A DNA stretch of 64,000 nucleotides. It comes from an uncultured Verrucomicrobiae bacterium (lineage in GTDB: Bacteria; Verrucomicrobiota; Verrucomicrobiia; Opitutales; JABDGR01). The position numbers were made by a program, and so were the translations under genes. The DNA lies in NCBI GenBank assembly GCA_963765205.1, contig CAVXVB010000002.1:160001-224000 (forward strand), written 5' to 3'. This document shows positions 30,302 to 40,866 of this stretch, one piece after another; within the stretch, counting starts at the first letter, position 1; each line of letters starts with the position of its first letter. Under the pieces are notes generated by a model. The model was not told the DNA's origin and made no database searches. It saw only the letters and a program-made list of their open reading frames with translations.

Positions 30302-31711
30302 ATGCCCCTCTATAACCCAGCCGATCTGGCCGCCTGGACCGGCGGCGCGTGGCGCGGCCCCCTTCCGGGGCCGGCGCTGGGCCCGCTCGTCGCCGACACG
30401 CGGCGGCTGCGTCCGGGGGAAATTTTTGTCGCGCTGCGCACCGCGAAACGCGACGGCCACGATTTTCTGGAAGCCGCGCGCGCGGCGGGCGCGGGTGGGG
30501 CCCTCGTCGCGCGGGTGGATGAAAAAATTAAGTTTCCGCAGTTGCTGGTGGCTGACCCGGCGGCGGCGTGGCGCGCGGTGGCCGCCGCGCACCGGAAGAA
30601 TTTCCCCGCCCCGATTGTGGGCGTGACGGGCAGCGCGGGCAAAACTTCGACCAAAGAATTATTGCGCGGCCTGCTCGGCCCCGCCGTCCACGCCACGCAG
30701 GCCAATGAAAACAATTTGTTCGGCGTGCCGCTGACGCTCTGCGGGCTGGATCCGGTCGCCCATCGCTTCGGCGTCATCGAAGCCGGCATCAGCGAACGCG
30801 GCGAGATGGCGGAACTCGCGAAGATGATCCAACCCGACATCGCGGTCATCACGCTCGTGGCGGCGGCGCATTTGGAAAAACTCGGCTCCATCGAAGGCGT
30901 CGCGCATGAAAAGGCGCGGCTGGCGCAGGCCGTGCGCCCCGGCGGTTGGGTGGTGATGCCCGCGTCGTGCCTCGAGTATTACGTTTTTCGGCGTCTCCCC
31001 GTGCAAGCCGCGGTGGTGGCGCCAGCGGACGGTCCGGCCCCGGTCGGCCCGTCCGCACGGCTTTTTCTGTATCGCACGGAATTCCAGCCACGCACGGGCT
31101 GGCGGCTCGAAGTGTTCGAAACCGGTGGCGATGCGCAGTCGTGGAATTTGCCGCCGGCGATGACGCCCGGCTTGGCGGCCAATGCGGCACTGGCGGTGGT
31201 GACGGCGCATTTGCTCGGCGTGGCCGACGAGAAGATGCAGGCCGCGCTGGCGGCCTGGCAGCCGGCGCCGTTGCGCGGAGAATGGCTGCACCACGGCCAA
31301 AATATTTATCTGGCCGACTGCTACAATGCCAATCCCGCATCGCTGGCGGACGCGCTCGCGGGCTTCGCATTGCGCGCGCCGGCGGATCTCCCGCGACTGT
31401 ATGTCCTCGGCAGCATGGCCGAACTGGGACCGAACGCGCCCGCGCTGCACCGTATGGCGCTGGCCGGCCTGCGCCTGCGTGCACAAGATCGCGCGCTGCT
31501 CCTCGGCCCCCACGCGGAGGATTACCGCACGGCGCTGCTGGCCACCGGCCACGCGGTGGGGCAAATCGGCGTCGGATCACTAGAAGAAGCGGAGGCCGAG
31601 GTCACGAACTTTTCCGGTGCCGTGTTTTTGAAAGGCAGCCGCGCCTATGCGCTGGAGCAGTTGTTGCCGCAATCATTGCGCGAGGGCAGGGAGGCCCACG
31701 TCCCATGCTGA
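30302..31711 (+). CDS. murF: UDP-MurNAc-tripeptide--D-Ala-D-Ala ligase
   Basis: DTR, DGHDF, GVTGSAGKTSTKE, NNLFGVP, DCYNANP and LKGSR. Confidence 0.93.
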   Translation: MPLYNPADLAAWTGGAWRGPLPGPALGPLVADTRRLRPGEIFVALRTAKRDGHDFLEAARAAGAGGALVARVDEKIKFPQLLVADPAAAWRAVAAAHRKNFPAPIVGVTGSAGKTSTKELLRGLLGPAVHATQANENNLFGVPLTLCGLDPVAHRFGVIEAGISERGEMAELAKMIQPDIAVITLVAAAHLEKLGSIEGVAHEKARLAQAVRPGGWVVMPASCLEYYVFRRLPVQAAVVAPADGPAPVGPSARLFLYRTEFQPRTGWRLEVFETGGDAQSWNLPPAMTPGLAANAALAVVTAHLLGVADEKMQAALAAWQPAPLRGEWLHHGQNIYLADCYNANPASLADALAGFALRAPADLPRLYVLGSMAELGPNAPALHRMALAGLRLRAQDRALLLGPHAEDYRTALLATGHAVGQIGVGSLEEAEAEVTNFSGAVFLKGSRAYALEQLLPQSLREGREAHVPC

Positions 31712-32808
31712 CCTGGCTGGCCGATTACGAAAAATACTGGGGGCCGCTGCGCCTGTTCCGCTACGAGACTTTTCGCGGCCTGGGCGGCGCGGCCACGGCC
31801 TTGCTCCTGGGCTTCATTTTTGCGCCGTGGATGTTCGCAAAGTTGCGCTCACTCAAAGCCAGCCAGGCCTTCCGGCAGGCGGACGAGCTGGGCGTGCTCA
31901 CCGCGCGCCACAATGCCAAATCGGGCACGCCGACGATGGGCGGACTGCTAATTTACGCGGTGGTGACGGCCAGCGTGCTGCTCTGGGCGCGGCTGAATCT
32001 TTACGTCATGGTTTGCCTGCTGGTGTTCAGCGGGTTGGCAGCCATTGGTTTTGCGGATGATTATTTAAAAGTAACCAAAAAGAACAGCAAAGGGTTGTCC
32101 AGCCGCTGGAAGCTCGCCGGGCAGGCCGTGTTGACTTTGGTTGCGATTGCGCTGCTGTTTTCCAACTCGGACACGAACCATGCCATGAGCGAATTGCGCG
32201 CGCCATTTCTGAAGTCGCCGTTGATTCCGGATATGCCACTGTGGTTTGTCGCGCCGTTTTTCTTCCTGGTGATGGCCGGTTCAAGCAACGCCATCAACCT
32301 GACTGATGGAATGGACGGTCTGGCCATCGGCTGCACGATCACGGTCGCGCTGGTTTACGCCATTTTCGCCTATTGCGCGGGTAACGTGCGCATCGCCGAC
32401 TATCTTAACATCGCCTATGTGCCCGGCGTGGGTGAGCTGGCCATCGTGTGCGCGGCGCTGGTGGGCGGCGGGCTGGCGTTTCTTTGGCACAACGCGCCGC
32501 CGGCCTCGGTGTTCATGGGCGACACCGGCTCGCTGGCGCTGGGCGGCATCATCGGCGCGGTGGCCTTCATGACCCAGCAGCCGCTCACCCTGGTCATCGT
32601 CGGCGGGATCTTCGTGATGGAGGCCGGGTCGGTGCTGTTGCAAGTGGCTTCCTACAAATTGCGCGGTGGCAAGCGCATCTTTCTGATGTCCCCGCTGCAC
32701 CATCATTTTGAAATGCTCGGCTGGCCGGAATCGAAGCTCGTCATCCGCTTTTGGATTTTATCCGTGCTGTTCGCGCTGGCCGGTTTGGGCACGTTGAAAC
32801 TGCGCTAA
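31705..32808 (+). CDS. mraY: phospho-MurNAc-pentapeptide transferase
   Basis: GTPTMGG, GFADD, NAINLTDGMDGL, FMGDTGSL and PLHHHFE. Confidence 0.96.
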   Translation: MLTWLADYEKYWGPLRLFRYETFRGLGGAATALLLGFIFAPWMFAKLRSLKASQAFRQADELGVLTARHNAKSGTPTMGGLLIYAVVTASVLLWARLNLYVMVCLLVFSGLAAIGFADDYLKVTKKNSKGLSSRWKLAGQAVLTLVAIALLFSNSDTNHAMSELRAPFLKSPLIPDMPLWFVAPFFFLVMAGSSNAINLTDGMDGLAIGCTITVALVYAIFAYCAGNVRIADYLNIAYVPGVGELAIVCAALVGGGLAFLWHNAPPASVFMGDTGSLALGGIIGAVAFMTQQPLTLVIVGGIFVMEAGSVLLQVASYKLRGGKRIFLMSPLHHHFEMLGWPESKLVIRFWILSVLFALAGLGTLKLR

Positions 32809-32828
32809 AAACTGTTTTATCATTCGCC

Positions 32829-34142
32829 ATGACTCTCCCCGCCGCCATCGCTTCCGCCGCGCGCCGCCCTGTGGCCGTGCTCGGTTTTGGCGTCAGCGGC
32901 CAGGCGGCGGCGGCGCTGCTGCGGCAATGCGGCTGCGGGGTCGAGGCTTACGACGAGAAACCCGTCCCCGGCGTGCGTGGTGAATTCGGCCCGACCGAGG
33001 CCAAGCGCCATGATCTTGTGATCTATAGCCCCGGCTTTCGGCAGGAGCATCCGTGGCTGGTGGCGGCGCGCGAGGCAGGCTGCCAGTGCCTCGGCGAAAT
33101 GGATTTTGCGTCGTTGTTCTGGCAGGGCCGGCTCATCGCCGTTACCGGCACCAACGGCAAAACGACGCTGACCGAATTTCTTGCGACCGCCCTGCGCCGC
33201 CAGGGTCTGTCCGCCGTGCCCGCCGGCAACATCGGTCATCCTCTGTCGCGGCTCGACGATCTGGACGCGACCCAGGACCGCGTCGCGGTGTGCGAAGTCA
33301 GCTCGTTCCAGGCCGAAGGTTTGCAATACCTGCGTCCGCACGCGGTGTTGTGGACAAATTTTGACGAGGACCATCTCGACCGCTATGTGGATTTGCGGGC
33401 CTACTTCGAGGCGAAATGGAATTTAGTTGAGCGGCTGGCGCAGCCGCGCCTGATTATTGGCGAGAGCGTGGCGCGGATGGTGGAGAAATTTGGGCATAAG
33501 CTGCCGGGCCACGCGGTGGTGGTAACCCGCGCAGGTGCCATGCATCTGGTCCCGTCCGGCTCGGTGTTCGACAGCTACCCACAGAGTGAAAATTACCTTG
33601 TCGCGCTGGCGTATTGGGAATTGGAGGGCTACCCGATCAAAGTTTTGGAGGAGACGGCGCAATCGTTTTCCACGCGCCGGCACCGGCTCGCGCGCGTTGC
33701 GGAGTGGGAAGGCGTGGCGTATTGGAACGACTCGAAGGGCACGAATTTTCACGCCACGCTCGCGGCGCTCGAGACTTTTCCCCATTCGGTGGTGTGGATC
33801 GGAGGCGGCAAGTCCAAGGGGGGCGACATCGAGGGTTTTGCCGAGCGGGCGGCGGCGCGCGTGCGCGAGGCGTTCCTCATCGGCGAGACGGCGGGGGTGC
33901 TGGCGGCGGGGCTGCACCAACGCGGCGTGGCCGCGGCGCAATGCGAGAACCTGCGCGAGGCTGTGCGGAAAGCCCACGAAGCCGGCCGGCAAAGCACCCC
34001 GGCGCAGGTGTTGTTCAGCCCGGGCTTTTCCAGTTTCGACATGTTCCACGACTATGCCGAGCGCGGCCTCGCCTTCGAGCAGGCGGTTTTGGGTTTGAAG
34101 GCCGCGCGGCCCGGCGTTATACCGGAAGCGGCCCCGGCCTGA
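32829..34142 (+). CDS. murD: UDP-MurNAc-L-Ala--D-Glu ligase
   Basis: GFGVSG, SPG, TGTNGKTT, EVSSFQ, DHLDRY, NDSKGTN and FSPGFSSFD. Confidence 0.95.
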   Translation: MTLPAAIASAARRPVAVLGFGVSGQAAAALLRQCGCGVEAYDEKPVPGVRGEFGPTEAKRHDLVIYSPGFRQEHPWLVAAREAGCQCLGEMDFASLFWQGRLIAVTGTNGKTTLTEFLATALRRQGLSAVPAGNIGHPLSRLDDLDATQDRVAVCEVSSFQAEGLQYLRPHAVLWTNFDEDHLDRYVDLRAYFEAKWNLVERLAQPRLIIGESVARMVEKFGHKLPGHAVVVTRAGAMHLVPSGSVFDSYPQSENYLVALAYWELEGYPIKVLEETAQSFSTRRHRLARVAEWEGVAYWNDSKGTNFHATLAALETFPHSVVWIGGGKSKGGDIEGFAERAAARVREAFLIGETAGVLAAGLHQRGVAAAQCENLREAVRKAHEAGRQSTPAQVLFSPGFSSFDMFHDYAERGLAFEQAVLGLKAARPGVIPEAAPA

Positions 34143-34208
34143 CTCCGGGGCCACGCACCCACCACCACCCACCTATCCAATAATTGTTTTAAATCCTAGG
34201 AAATAATT

Positions 34209-35255
34209 ATGAATACGCAACACAAGAAGCTCCTGGCCCTCGCCGCGGTCGTGGCGCTGCACGTCGGCGTCATCGCGCTCATGCTCGCGCAGCATGGCTG
34301 CAAGTCCGGCGCGCAAAACAGCAGCGCGCCCGCGCCCGTCACGCCGGCCCCGGCCGCGGCGCCGGCGCCCAGCCCCGTCGCGACCGGTGACACCGGATTT
34401 TATCCACCGACCCAGCCGGCGCCTGAACCCGCGCCCGCCCCGCTCCCCGCCCCCTTGCCGGTGGCCCAGTTCACCGAGCCGCTCGCCAATATCACGGCCA
34501 CCCCGGCCCCTGCGCCGGCACCCGCGCCCACTGTCACTTGGAAAGTGGCCAGCGGAGACACACTAACTTCCATCGCCCGCAGAAATAGCGTCACTGTGGA
34601 CGAGTTGGTTGCGGCCAATGCGCCGAAAGTAACCAAGGCATCTCTCTTGACTCCAGGTCAGGTGCTGACCGTGCCGACCCACACCATCGCACCCGCGACC
34701 ACCGCCCCGGTGGCCGCCACCGATGCCGATGCGCGCACTTATAAAGTGGTTGCGGGAGACTCGCTTTCCAAGATCGCCAGCCGCAACGGTACCACGGTCA
34801 AGGCGTTGAAAGATCTCAATGGATTGACTTCAGACTCCATCCGCGAGGGTGCCGTGTTGAAGCTGCCTGCTGCTGCATCTGGCGCGGCCGCCAGCCCGAG
34901 CTCGGCGAGCTCTCCTGTTTCTGCCTCTACCGATGCCGGCGGAGGGACTTATGTCGTCCAGAGCGGCGATACCCTGGGTAAAATCGCCGTGAAAGTAGGC
35001 GCCAAAACTGCGGAGTTGATGACGCTCAATGGCTTCACGGACGCGACGGCACGGAACCTCCGACCCGGGCAAACCTTGAAGTTGCCCGCCTCCGCGCACG
35101 CGCCTGACGCCGCCTCCACCACGGTCGCGCCGGTGACACCCGCGACCGTCACGCCGACGACCATCATCACGCCTTCCACCTCGCCAGTGCCGGTGACCGC
35201 GTTCCCGGCCCCGTCAGGCGCGACCTCGCCACCCGTCACCCCCATCAATCCTTGA
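34209..35255 (+). CDS. LysM-repeat protein (N-terminal anchor, three LysM domains, Pro/Ala/Thr linkers)
   Basis: KVASGDTLTSIA, KVVAGDSLSKIA and VVQSGDTLGKIA. Confidence 0.9.
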   Translation: MNTQHKKLLALAAVVALHVGVIALMLAQHGCKSGAQNSSAPAPVTPAPAAAPAPSPVATGDTGFYPPTQPAPEPAPAPLPAPLPVAQFTEPLANITATPAPAPAPAPTVTWKVASGDTLTSIARRNSVTVDELVAANAPKVTKASLLTPGQVLTVPTHTIAPATTAPVAATDADARTYKVVAGDSLSKIASRNGTTVKALKDLNGLTSDSIREGAVLKLPAAASGAAASPSSASSPVSASTDAGGGTYVVQSGDTLGKIAVKVGAKTAELMTLNGFTDATARNLRPGQTLKLPASAHAPDAASTTVAPVTPATVTPTTIITPSTSPVPVTAFPAPSGATSPPVTPINP

Positions 35256-35277
35256 ACCGCACCCTTCTTCTTCAACC

Positions 35278-36441
35278 ATGAGTGCTCCTGCCATGTCCCT
35301 TCCCCGTCCACGCATCCGCTGGCCCAGCGCGGGTGCAATCATCTTCGCTTGCGCGCTCGCCTTGACGCTGCTTGGGCTGGTGGTACTCAGCAGTGCGGGC
35401 CAGGAGGCGAGCAAGGAGGCCCTCACCGACCCTCTGTTTTATTTCAAACGGCAAGTCTTGTGGTGCGGAATGGCGATGATCCCGCTGGTGCTGATGGCGT
35501 GGACTCCGCTCGAATACCTGCGGCGCTACAGTTGGATTATTGGCTTGGCGGCGGTACTCGTGCTTCTGGCGGTGCTCAGTTCACATGTGGGTGTCGTCCA
35601 CAAAGGCGCGCGGCGCTGGCTGGAATTCCACGGCCTGCGCCTGCAACCCTCCGACTTTGGCAAGCTGGCGCTGGTGATTTGCCTGGCGAGCTATCTGGCG
35701 GCCAACCAGCGCCACATTGCGAGTTTTTGGCGAGGGTTTGTGCTCCCCATGGGTATCGTGGGCGTATTCTGTGCGCTCATCATCCGCGAGCCGGACTTCG
35801 GCACAACAGCGCTCTGCGGGCTGGTGGGTTTTGTGCTGTTGTATCTGGCCGGTGCGCGGCTGCGGTTCTTGATTCCCTCGCTGCTGGCCAGCGGGGTGCT
35901 CTTTTCTGCGATGGTGTATTTTGACCCGGTGCGCTTCAAGCGTATCTTGTCCTTCATGCACATGGATGACCCGGCCACGCAGGCGGACGGAGCGTATCAA
36001 CTCTATCAAGGCATCGTCGGGTTTGGTTCGGGCGGGCTAACAGGCGTTGGGCTGGGACAGGGCCGTCAGCAACTCGCGTTTTTACCCGAGGCGCATACGG
36101 ACTTTGTGCTCGCTGTCGTGGGTGAGGAACTGGGCCTGGTGGCGACGATGGGCGTAGCCCTGGTTTTTCTGGTTATTTTCCTCGTGAGCCTGCGGGCGCT
36201 GCGGCGCGCGCCAAATCTTTACGAATTTACCCTGGCCGGTGGCGCACTATTGTTGCTTACGGGCCAGGCGCTCATCAACATGGGCGTGGTCACGGGTCTG
36301 CTGCCGACGAAGGGCATGTCGCTGCCATTCCTCAGCTACGGCGGCACGAACCTCATGCTGATGTTTGCGCTGGTGGGCCTGTTGATGAACTGCTTCCGGC
36401 GATGGGAGCGCCCGGTTTTACCCCGGGCGAGTGAACTATGA
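35278..36441 (+). CDS. ftsW: SEDS peptidoglycan polymerase FtsW
   Basis: GARRW, LQPSDFGK, EPDFGT, LPEAHTDF, GEELG and LPFLSYGG. Confidence 0.95.
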   Translation: MSAPAMSLPRPRIRWPSAGAIIFACALALTLLGLVVLSSAGQEASKEALTDPLFYFKRQVLWCGMAMIPLVLMAWTPLEYLRRYSWIIGLAAVLVLLAVLSSHVGVVHKGARRWLEFHGLRLQPSDFGKLALVICLASYLAANQRHIASFWRGFVLPMGIVGVFCALIIREPDFGTTALCGLVGFVLLYLAGARLRFLIPSLLASGVLFSAMVYFDPVRFKRILSFMHMDDPATQADGAYQLYQGIVGFGSGGLTGVGLGQGRQQLAFLPEAHTDFVLAVVGEELGLVATMGVALVFLVIFLVSLRALRRAPNLYEFTLAGGALLLLTGQALINMGVVTGLLPTKGMSLPFLSYGGTNLMLMFALVGLLMNCFRRWERPVLPRASEL

Positions 36442-37565
36442 GTACCTTTGCGATTTCCTGCGGCGGTACTGGCGGCCATTTGTCGCCGGGCATCGCGCTG
36501 GCCGAACGGCTGGCCGCGCAAGGCCACCGCCTGACTCTACTGATCAGCAAGAAGGAGGTGGATTCGCGCCTCATTCGCAAATACCCGCAGATGGAAACCG
36601 TCACCGCACCCGGTGCGGGGTTTGGAATGGCGCCGGCGACGCTGGCGAAATTCGCGGTGTCGCAAACGGCCAGTTTTTTGTTCGCGCTGAATTTTTTGCG
36701 GCAAAACCGGCCGGATGTGATTGTGGGCTTCGGCGGATTTATGACAGCGGGCATCACGCTGGCCGGCTATTTTCGCGGCATCCCGGTCGTGCTGCATGAG
36801 TCAAATCGCAAGCCCGGGCGGTCGGTGCGGCTACTGAGCGGTTTTGCCCGGCGCATCTATCTGCCGCCCGGCGTCCAGTTGCGTGGCCTGCCGCCGCAAA
36901 CGCTAAGACATTGCGGCTTCCCGGTGCGGCAGGAAATCCGCGCGTTGCCGCGCGAGGTTGCGCGCCTCCGCCTGGCGCTGCCCTTGGACGGCAAGGTGCT
37001 GCTGGTCTTGGGCGGCAGCCAGGGCGCCCGGACGCTCAATAATTGGCTGTCGAATAATTTCGGGAAATTGGCTGCGCGCGGCATCAGCGTCGTGTGCGTG
37101 ACGGGGCCGGGCAAAGGCAGCGAGGGCCAGATCGAATGTGCCGACCCGCAGGGCAAACGCCGTGTGGCGCGCCTGCTGCCCTTTTGCGACGACATGGCGG
37201 CGCTGCTCTCGTGCGCCGACCTCGCCGTCTCGCGCGCGGGGGCGGGGAGTCTGGCGGAATTCATCCGTTGCCGCCTGCCGGCCATCCTGGTGCCCTATCC
37301 CTACGCCGCGGACAACCACCAATGGGAGAACGCCCGTTACTTCGAGCGCCAGGGCGGCGGCCTCGCCATGGATCAGGCCGAAATGGAACGCCTGGCTGAC
37401 GAGGTGCTCGAACTCATTTTCAACGATTTTCTGCTGGAATCCTTCCGCCGCAACCTCGAACGCATGGAGCATTCCAATTCGCTCGACGTATTGCTGCATG
37501 ACCTCCAGGACCTGGCCGCCCAAAGCCGCCAATTCGCCGCCGAGGAAATGCCCGCCACGGTCTGA
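36438..37565 (+). CDS. murG: lipid II GlcNAc transferase
   Basis: GGTGGH, GFGG, HESN, GGSQGA, SRAGA and HQWENA. Confidence 0.95.
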   Translation: MSTFAISCGGTGGHLSPGIALAERLAAQGHRLTLLISKKEVDSRLIRKYPQMETVTAPGAGFGMAPATLAKFAVSQTASFLFALNFLRQNRPDVIVGFGGFMTAGITLAGYFRGIPVVLHESNRKPGRSVRLLSGFARRIYLPPGVQLRGLPPQTLRHCGFPVRQEIRALPREVARLRLALPLDGKVLLVLGGSQGARTLNNWLSNNFGKLAARGISVVCVTGPGKGSEGQIECADPQGKRRVARLLPFCDDMAALLSCADLAVSRAGAGSLAEFIRCRLPAILVPYPYAADNHQWENARYFERQGGGLAMDQAEMERLADEVLELIFNDFLLESFRRNLERMEHSNSLDVLLHDLQDLAAQSRQFAAEEMPATV

Positions 37566-37597
37566 TTCCACCCACCTTGGCCTCCATCCATGCGACC

Positions 37598-39925
37598 ATG
37601 AGCGACTCCCGCGAAAGCGTTTTCTTCCTCGGCCTCGGCGGCATGGGCATGGCGCCCCTGGCCCTCTATCTCGACGAGGCGGGCTGCCGTGTGCGTGGCT
37701 GCGACGACCATTGGCGCGAACCGGTCCGCCGCCTGCTCGAGCAACGTGGCATCGCCGCCATTGCGTGCGAGGAATTGCCTTCGGATATTTCGCGGGTGGT
37801 TTATTCCAGCGCCATCGCAACCGGGCATCCGCTCTTGTGTGCGGCACGTATCCGCGGCCTGGGTATCTTGCGCCGTGGTGAAATGCTGGCCGAAATGGTG
37901 CGCGGACGCCGGCTCATTGCCGTGGTTGGCAGCCACGGGAAGACGACCACCACCGCGCTGCTCATCCACGCCCTGCGGGCCGCCGGCCACGATTTCGGCT
38001 ACCTGCTTGGCGCGCTCTTCGCCGACCCCGCCACGCCGCCCGCCCGCCACGCCACCGCGCCCTGGGTCGCCGCCGAAGTGGATGAAAGCGACGGCACCAT
38101 TGACCATTTTGCGCCCGAAATCACCGTGGCGGTGAATTTCGATTGGGATCATGCCGACCGCTACCGCACCGAGGCCGAACTTGAGGCGACTTTCATCAAT
38201 CTTTTTCGCCGCACGCGCCAACTCGTGCTTTTGCCGCAATGGGATGCACGTCTGCGCCGCTTGGCCGAAACGGCCGGCACGCCCTTCCGCACGTTCGGGC
38301 CGGAAGGGGATTTTTCTGTCCGAGCCAGTGGTGACGATGGCGCGCGCCAGCGCCTGGCCTTGAATGGCGCCTTTGTGAAGTCAGTGGTCGAGGTTCCGCT
38401 AGGTGGTGAGTTCAACGCCGCAAACGCCGCCGCCGCCCTCGCCGCCGCGCACACGGCGTTTGGAAGCATTGCGGAGGAGCCGTTTGGCGGCTATCGCGGC
38501 GTGTCCCGCCGCCAGGACGTGCTGTTGCGCCGCCCAGGGTTGTCCGTTTACGCCGATTACGCGCACCATCCGACGGAAATTGCCGCACTGCTGCGCAATC
38601 TGCGCGCGCATTCGCCGGGCCGCCTGCTGGTCGTGTTTCAGCCGCACCGCTATACGCGCACGAAACAATTCGCGGCGGATTTCGCCGCGGCGCTGGGCGC
38701 GGGCGACCACGTGTTCCTCCTGCCGGTTTACGCCGCCAGCGAGCCGCCGCTGCCGGAAGGCGACTCCGCCGCCATCCTCGCCGCCGCACCGACCGGCGAG
38801 AATAAATTTTCCCTGCACGATTCTTTCAACGATTTGGAACGCACCCTTCGGGCTGCGCTTGCGAAACATTCTGAAGAGATCACGCTGGCCTTGGTGGGCG
38901 CGGGGGACATTGACGAGTTCGCCACGGCATTCGTCCGCCGATTGGAAGATAAATCCTCTCCGCCGCCCGCTTCCGTGATTAATCAAAAGAGCACCCTCGA
39001 TTGGTTTGACACACTATGTGCGCGCCTAAGTCCAGACACTCTGGCGCAGCGCGATGAGCCGCTCGCCGACAAAACCACGCTTGGGGTGGGTGGCCCGGCC
39101 CATTATTATGCCGAGCCGGCCACGATCGAAGACCTCGCGCAGTTGCTTCGTGCCGCCCGGGCCGCAGGCGTGCAGGTGTTTTGCCTGGGGCGTGGCTCAA
39201 ATTTAATTGTCACTGACACCGGTTATCCCGGTCTGGTGCTGCGGCTGAATCATGCGGAATGGAAGAAACTTCGTTTGGAAAGCCCGGATCGGATTTTCGC
39301 GGGCGCCGGCGTGCGGCTCAAGGAATTATGCGGCTTTGCGGCGCGGCATGGCCTCGCGGGGTTGGAATTTCTCGAAGGCATTCCCGGTTCGGTCGGCGGG
39401 GCGCTGCGGATGAACGCCGGCGCGATGGGGGGGTGGATTTTTGACCTCATTGCCGAGGTGGAATATGTCACTGCGGCCGGTGAAACACGGCGGGCTCCGC
39501 GCCATGAATTTCACCCTGGCTACCGCCAATGCCCCGAATTGCTCGACGCGGTCGCCATTGGCGCGGTGTTTCACGCGCCTGGGGGTGGCCCGCCGGAGGA
39601 GATCCGCCGCCGGATGGAGACTTTTGCGCTCAAGCGCAAAGCCACCCAGCCGCGGGAGCGCAGCGCGGGCTGCCTGTTCAAAAATCCTCCCGGCGGCCAC
39701 GCGGGCAAGCTGATTGACGAAATGGGCCTCAAGGGCCGGCGCGTCGGCGCCATCGAAGTCTCGATCGTTCACGCGAATTTCATTATCAATCATGGCGGCG
39801 GCACGGCGGCGGAAGCATTGGCGCTGGCGCGCCAGGTTCGGGGCGAAGTGTTTGCGCGCAGTGGCATCAAGCTCGAACCCGAGGTGCTGCTACTCGGGGC
39901 CAATTGGGAGGAAGTGCTGCAATGA
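37598..39925 (+). CDS. murC: bifunctional MurC-MurB fusion
   Basis: MurC motifs GLGGMGM, GSHGKTTTT, EVDESD, DYAHHPTE, FQPHRYTR; MurB motifs GVGGPA, GRGSN, IPGSVGG..MNAGA, SAGCLFKNP, HANF, LEPE. Confidence 0.95.
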   Translation: MSDSRESVFFLGLGGMGMAPLALYLDEAGCRVRGCDDHWREPVRRLLEQRGIAAIACEELPSDISRVVYSSAIATGHPLLCAARIRGLGILRRGEMLAEMVRGRRLIAVVGSHGKTTTTALLIHALRAAGHDFGYLLGALFADPATPPARHATAPWVAAEVDESDGTIDHFAPEITVAVNFDWDHADRYRTEAELEATFINLFRRTRQLVLLPQWDARLRRLAETAGTPFRTFGPEGDFSVRASGDDGARQRLALNGAFVKSVVEVPLGGEFNAANAAAALAAAHTAFGSIAEEPFGGYRGVSRRQDVLLRRPGLSVYADYAHHPTEIAALLRNLRAHSPGRLLVVFQPHRYTRTKQFAADFAAALGAGDHVFLLPVYAASEPPLPEGDSAAILAAAPTGENKFSLHDSFNDLERTLRAALAKHSEEITLALVGAGDIDEFATAFVRRLEDKSSPPPASVINQKSTLDWFDTLCARLSPDTLAQRDEPLADKTTLGVGGPAHYYAEPATIEDLAQLLRAARAAGVQVFCLGRGSNLIVTDTGYPGLVLRLNHAEWKKLRLESPDRIFAGAGVRLKELCGFAARHGLAGLEFLEGIPGSVGGALRMNAGAMGGWIFDLIAEVEYVTAAGETRRAPRHEFHPGYRQCPELLDAVAIGAVFHAPGGGPPEEIRRRMETFALKRKATQPRERSAGCLFKNPPGGHAGKLIDEMGLKGRRVGAIEVSIVHANFIINHGGGTAAEALALARQVRGEVFARSGIKLEPEVLLLGANWEEVLQ

Positions 39926-40866
39926 ATCCTCCTGACCAGACGACGGTGGCCGTGCTCGGCGGCAGCAATTCCGCCGAACGTGCGGTTTCGCTCGTCACGG
40001 CGCAGGCCATCGCTGGCGCGCTGAAAGAGGAGGGTTTTGCCGTGGAATTTTTTGATCTGCCCGGCTGTGTGTTGCCGGACGCGTTGGATCCGGCGCGACA
40101 CGTCGTTTTTCCCGCGCTGCATGGCGGCTGGGGTGAAAACGGCGGTGTGCAAGCCGCGCTCGAATCACACGGCTTCGCTTACGCGGGCTGCGGGCCTTAT
40201 GCCAGCCGCTTGTGCATGGACAAGGTGGAGGCCAAGCGCGTCCTCGCCGCCGCCGGGCTGCCAGTGTTGCCGCACGTTATCTTCACGGGGGAGCGACCAT
40301 CCGCCGCCTCGTCGCTTATGACCAAATTGGGTCCGGACATTATCATCAAGCCCATCGCTGAAGGCAGCAGTGTCGGCTTGCGCCGCGCGGCTAATCGCCG
40401 CGAGCTGGAGGCGGCGCTCGAGGGGTTAAGCCCCGGCCGGTGGATGGCGGAGCCGTGGGTGCGCGGGCGCGAAGTGTCCGTCGGCGTGCTGGCGGGCCGG
40501 GCGCTGGGGTTGGTGGAAATCCGGCCCAAGGACGGCGCATCCTACGATTTCGAGCACAAATACACCGCCGGAATGACGGAATACTTTTTCCCCGCGCCGC
40601 TGGATGCCGCGCTTGCGGAACAAATCCAGTTGGCTGCGGCCGGTGCATTTGCGGCGTGCGGCTGCCGGGATTTTGCGCGCGTGGACTTCATGTTGCCGCC
40701 GGAAGGCGGCTGCGTGATTTTGGAAATCAACACCATGCCCGGCTGCACGCCCACCAGTTTGCTGCCCAAGAGCGCCTCGTGCTGTGGCTATACTTTCCCG
40801 ATACTTATCCGGGCCATGCTTGACCCCGCCTTGGGCCGTTTTGCCGCCGTGGCGGCCGCACTATGA
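39922..40866 (+). CDS. ddl: D-alanine--D-alanine ligase
   Basis: GGSNSAERAVSL, LHGGWGENG, CMDK, EGSSVG, YDFEHKY and EINTMPG. Confidence 0.95.
   Translation: MNPPDQTTVAVLGGSNSAERAVSLVTAQAIAGALKEEGFAVEFFDLPGCVLPDALDPARHVVFPALHGGWGENGGVQAALESHGFAYAGCGPYASRLCMDKVEAKRVLAAAGLPVLPHVIFTGERPSAASSLMTKLGPDIIIKPIAEGSSVGLRRAANRRELEAALEGLSPGRWMAEPWVRGREVSVGVLAGRALGLVEIRPKDGASYDFEHKYTAGMTEYFFPAPLDAALAEQIQLAAAGAFAACGCRDFARVDFMLPPEGGCVILEINTMPGCTPTSLLPKSASCCGYTFPILIRAMLDPALGRFAAVAAAL

Noticed and set aside
30946..32808. 620-aa ORF suggesting a large N-terminal fusion on MraY
   Set aside because: The first ~250 aa are an off-frame reading of murF; MraY motifs begin at ATG 31705.
37598..39925. MurC-MurB fusion as a novelty
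   Set aside because: Real, but already known from Verrucomicrobiota; used only as a taxonomic clue.
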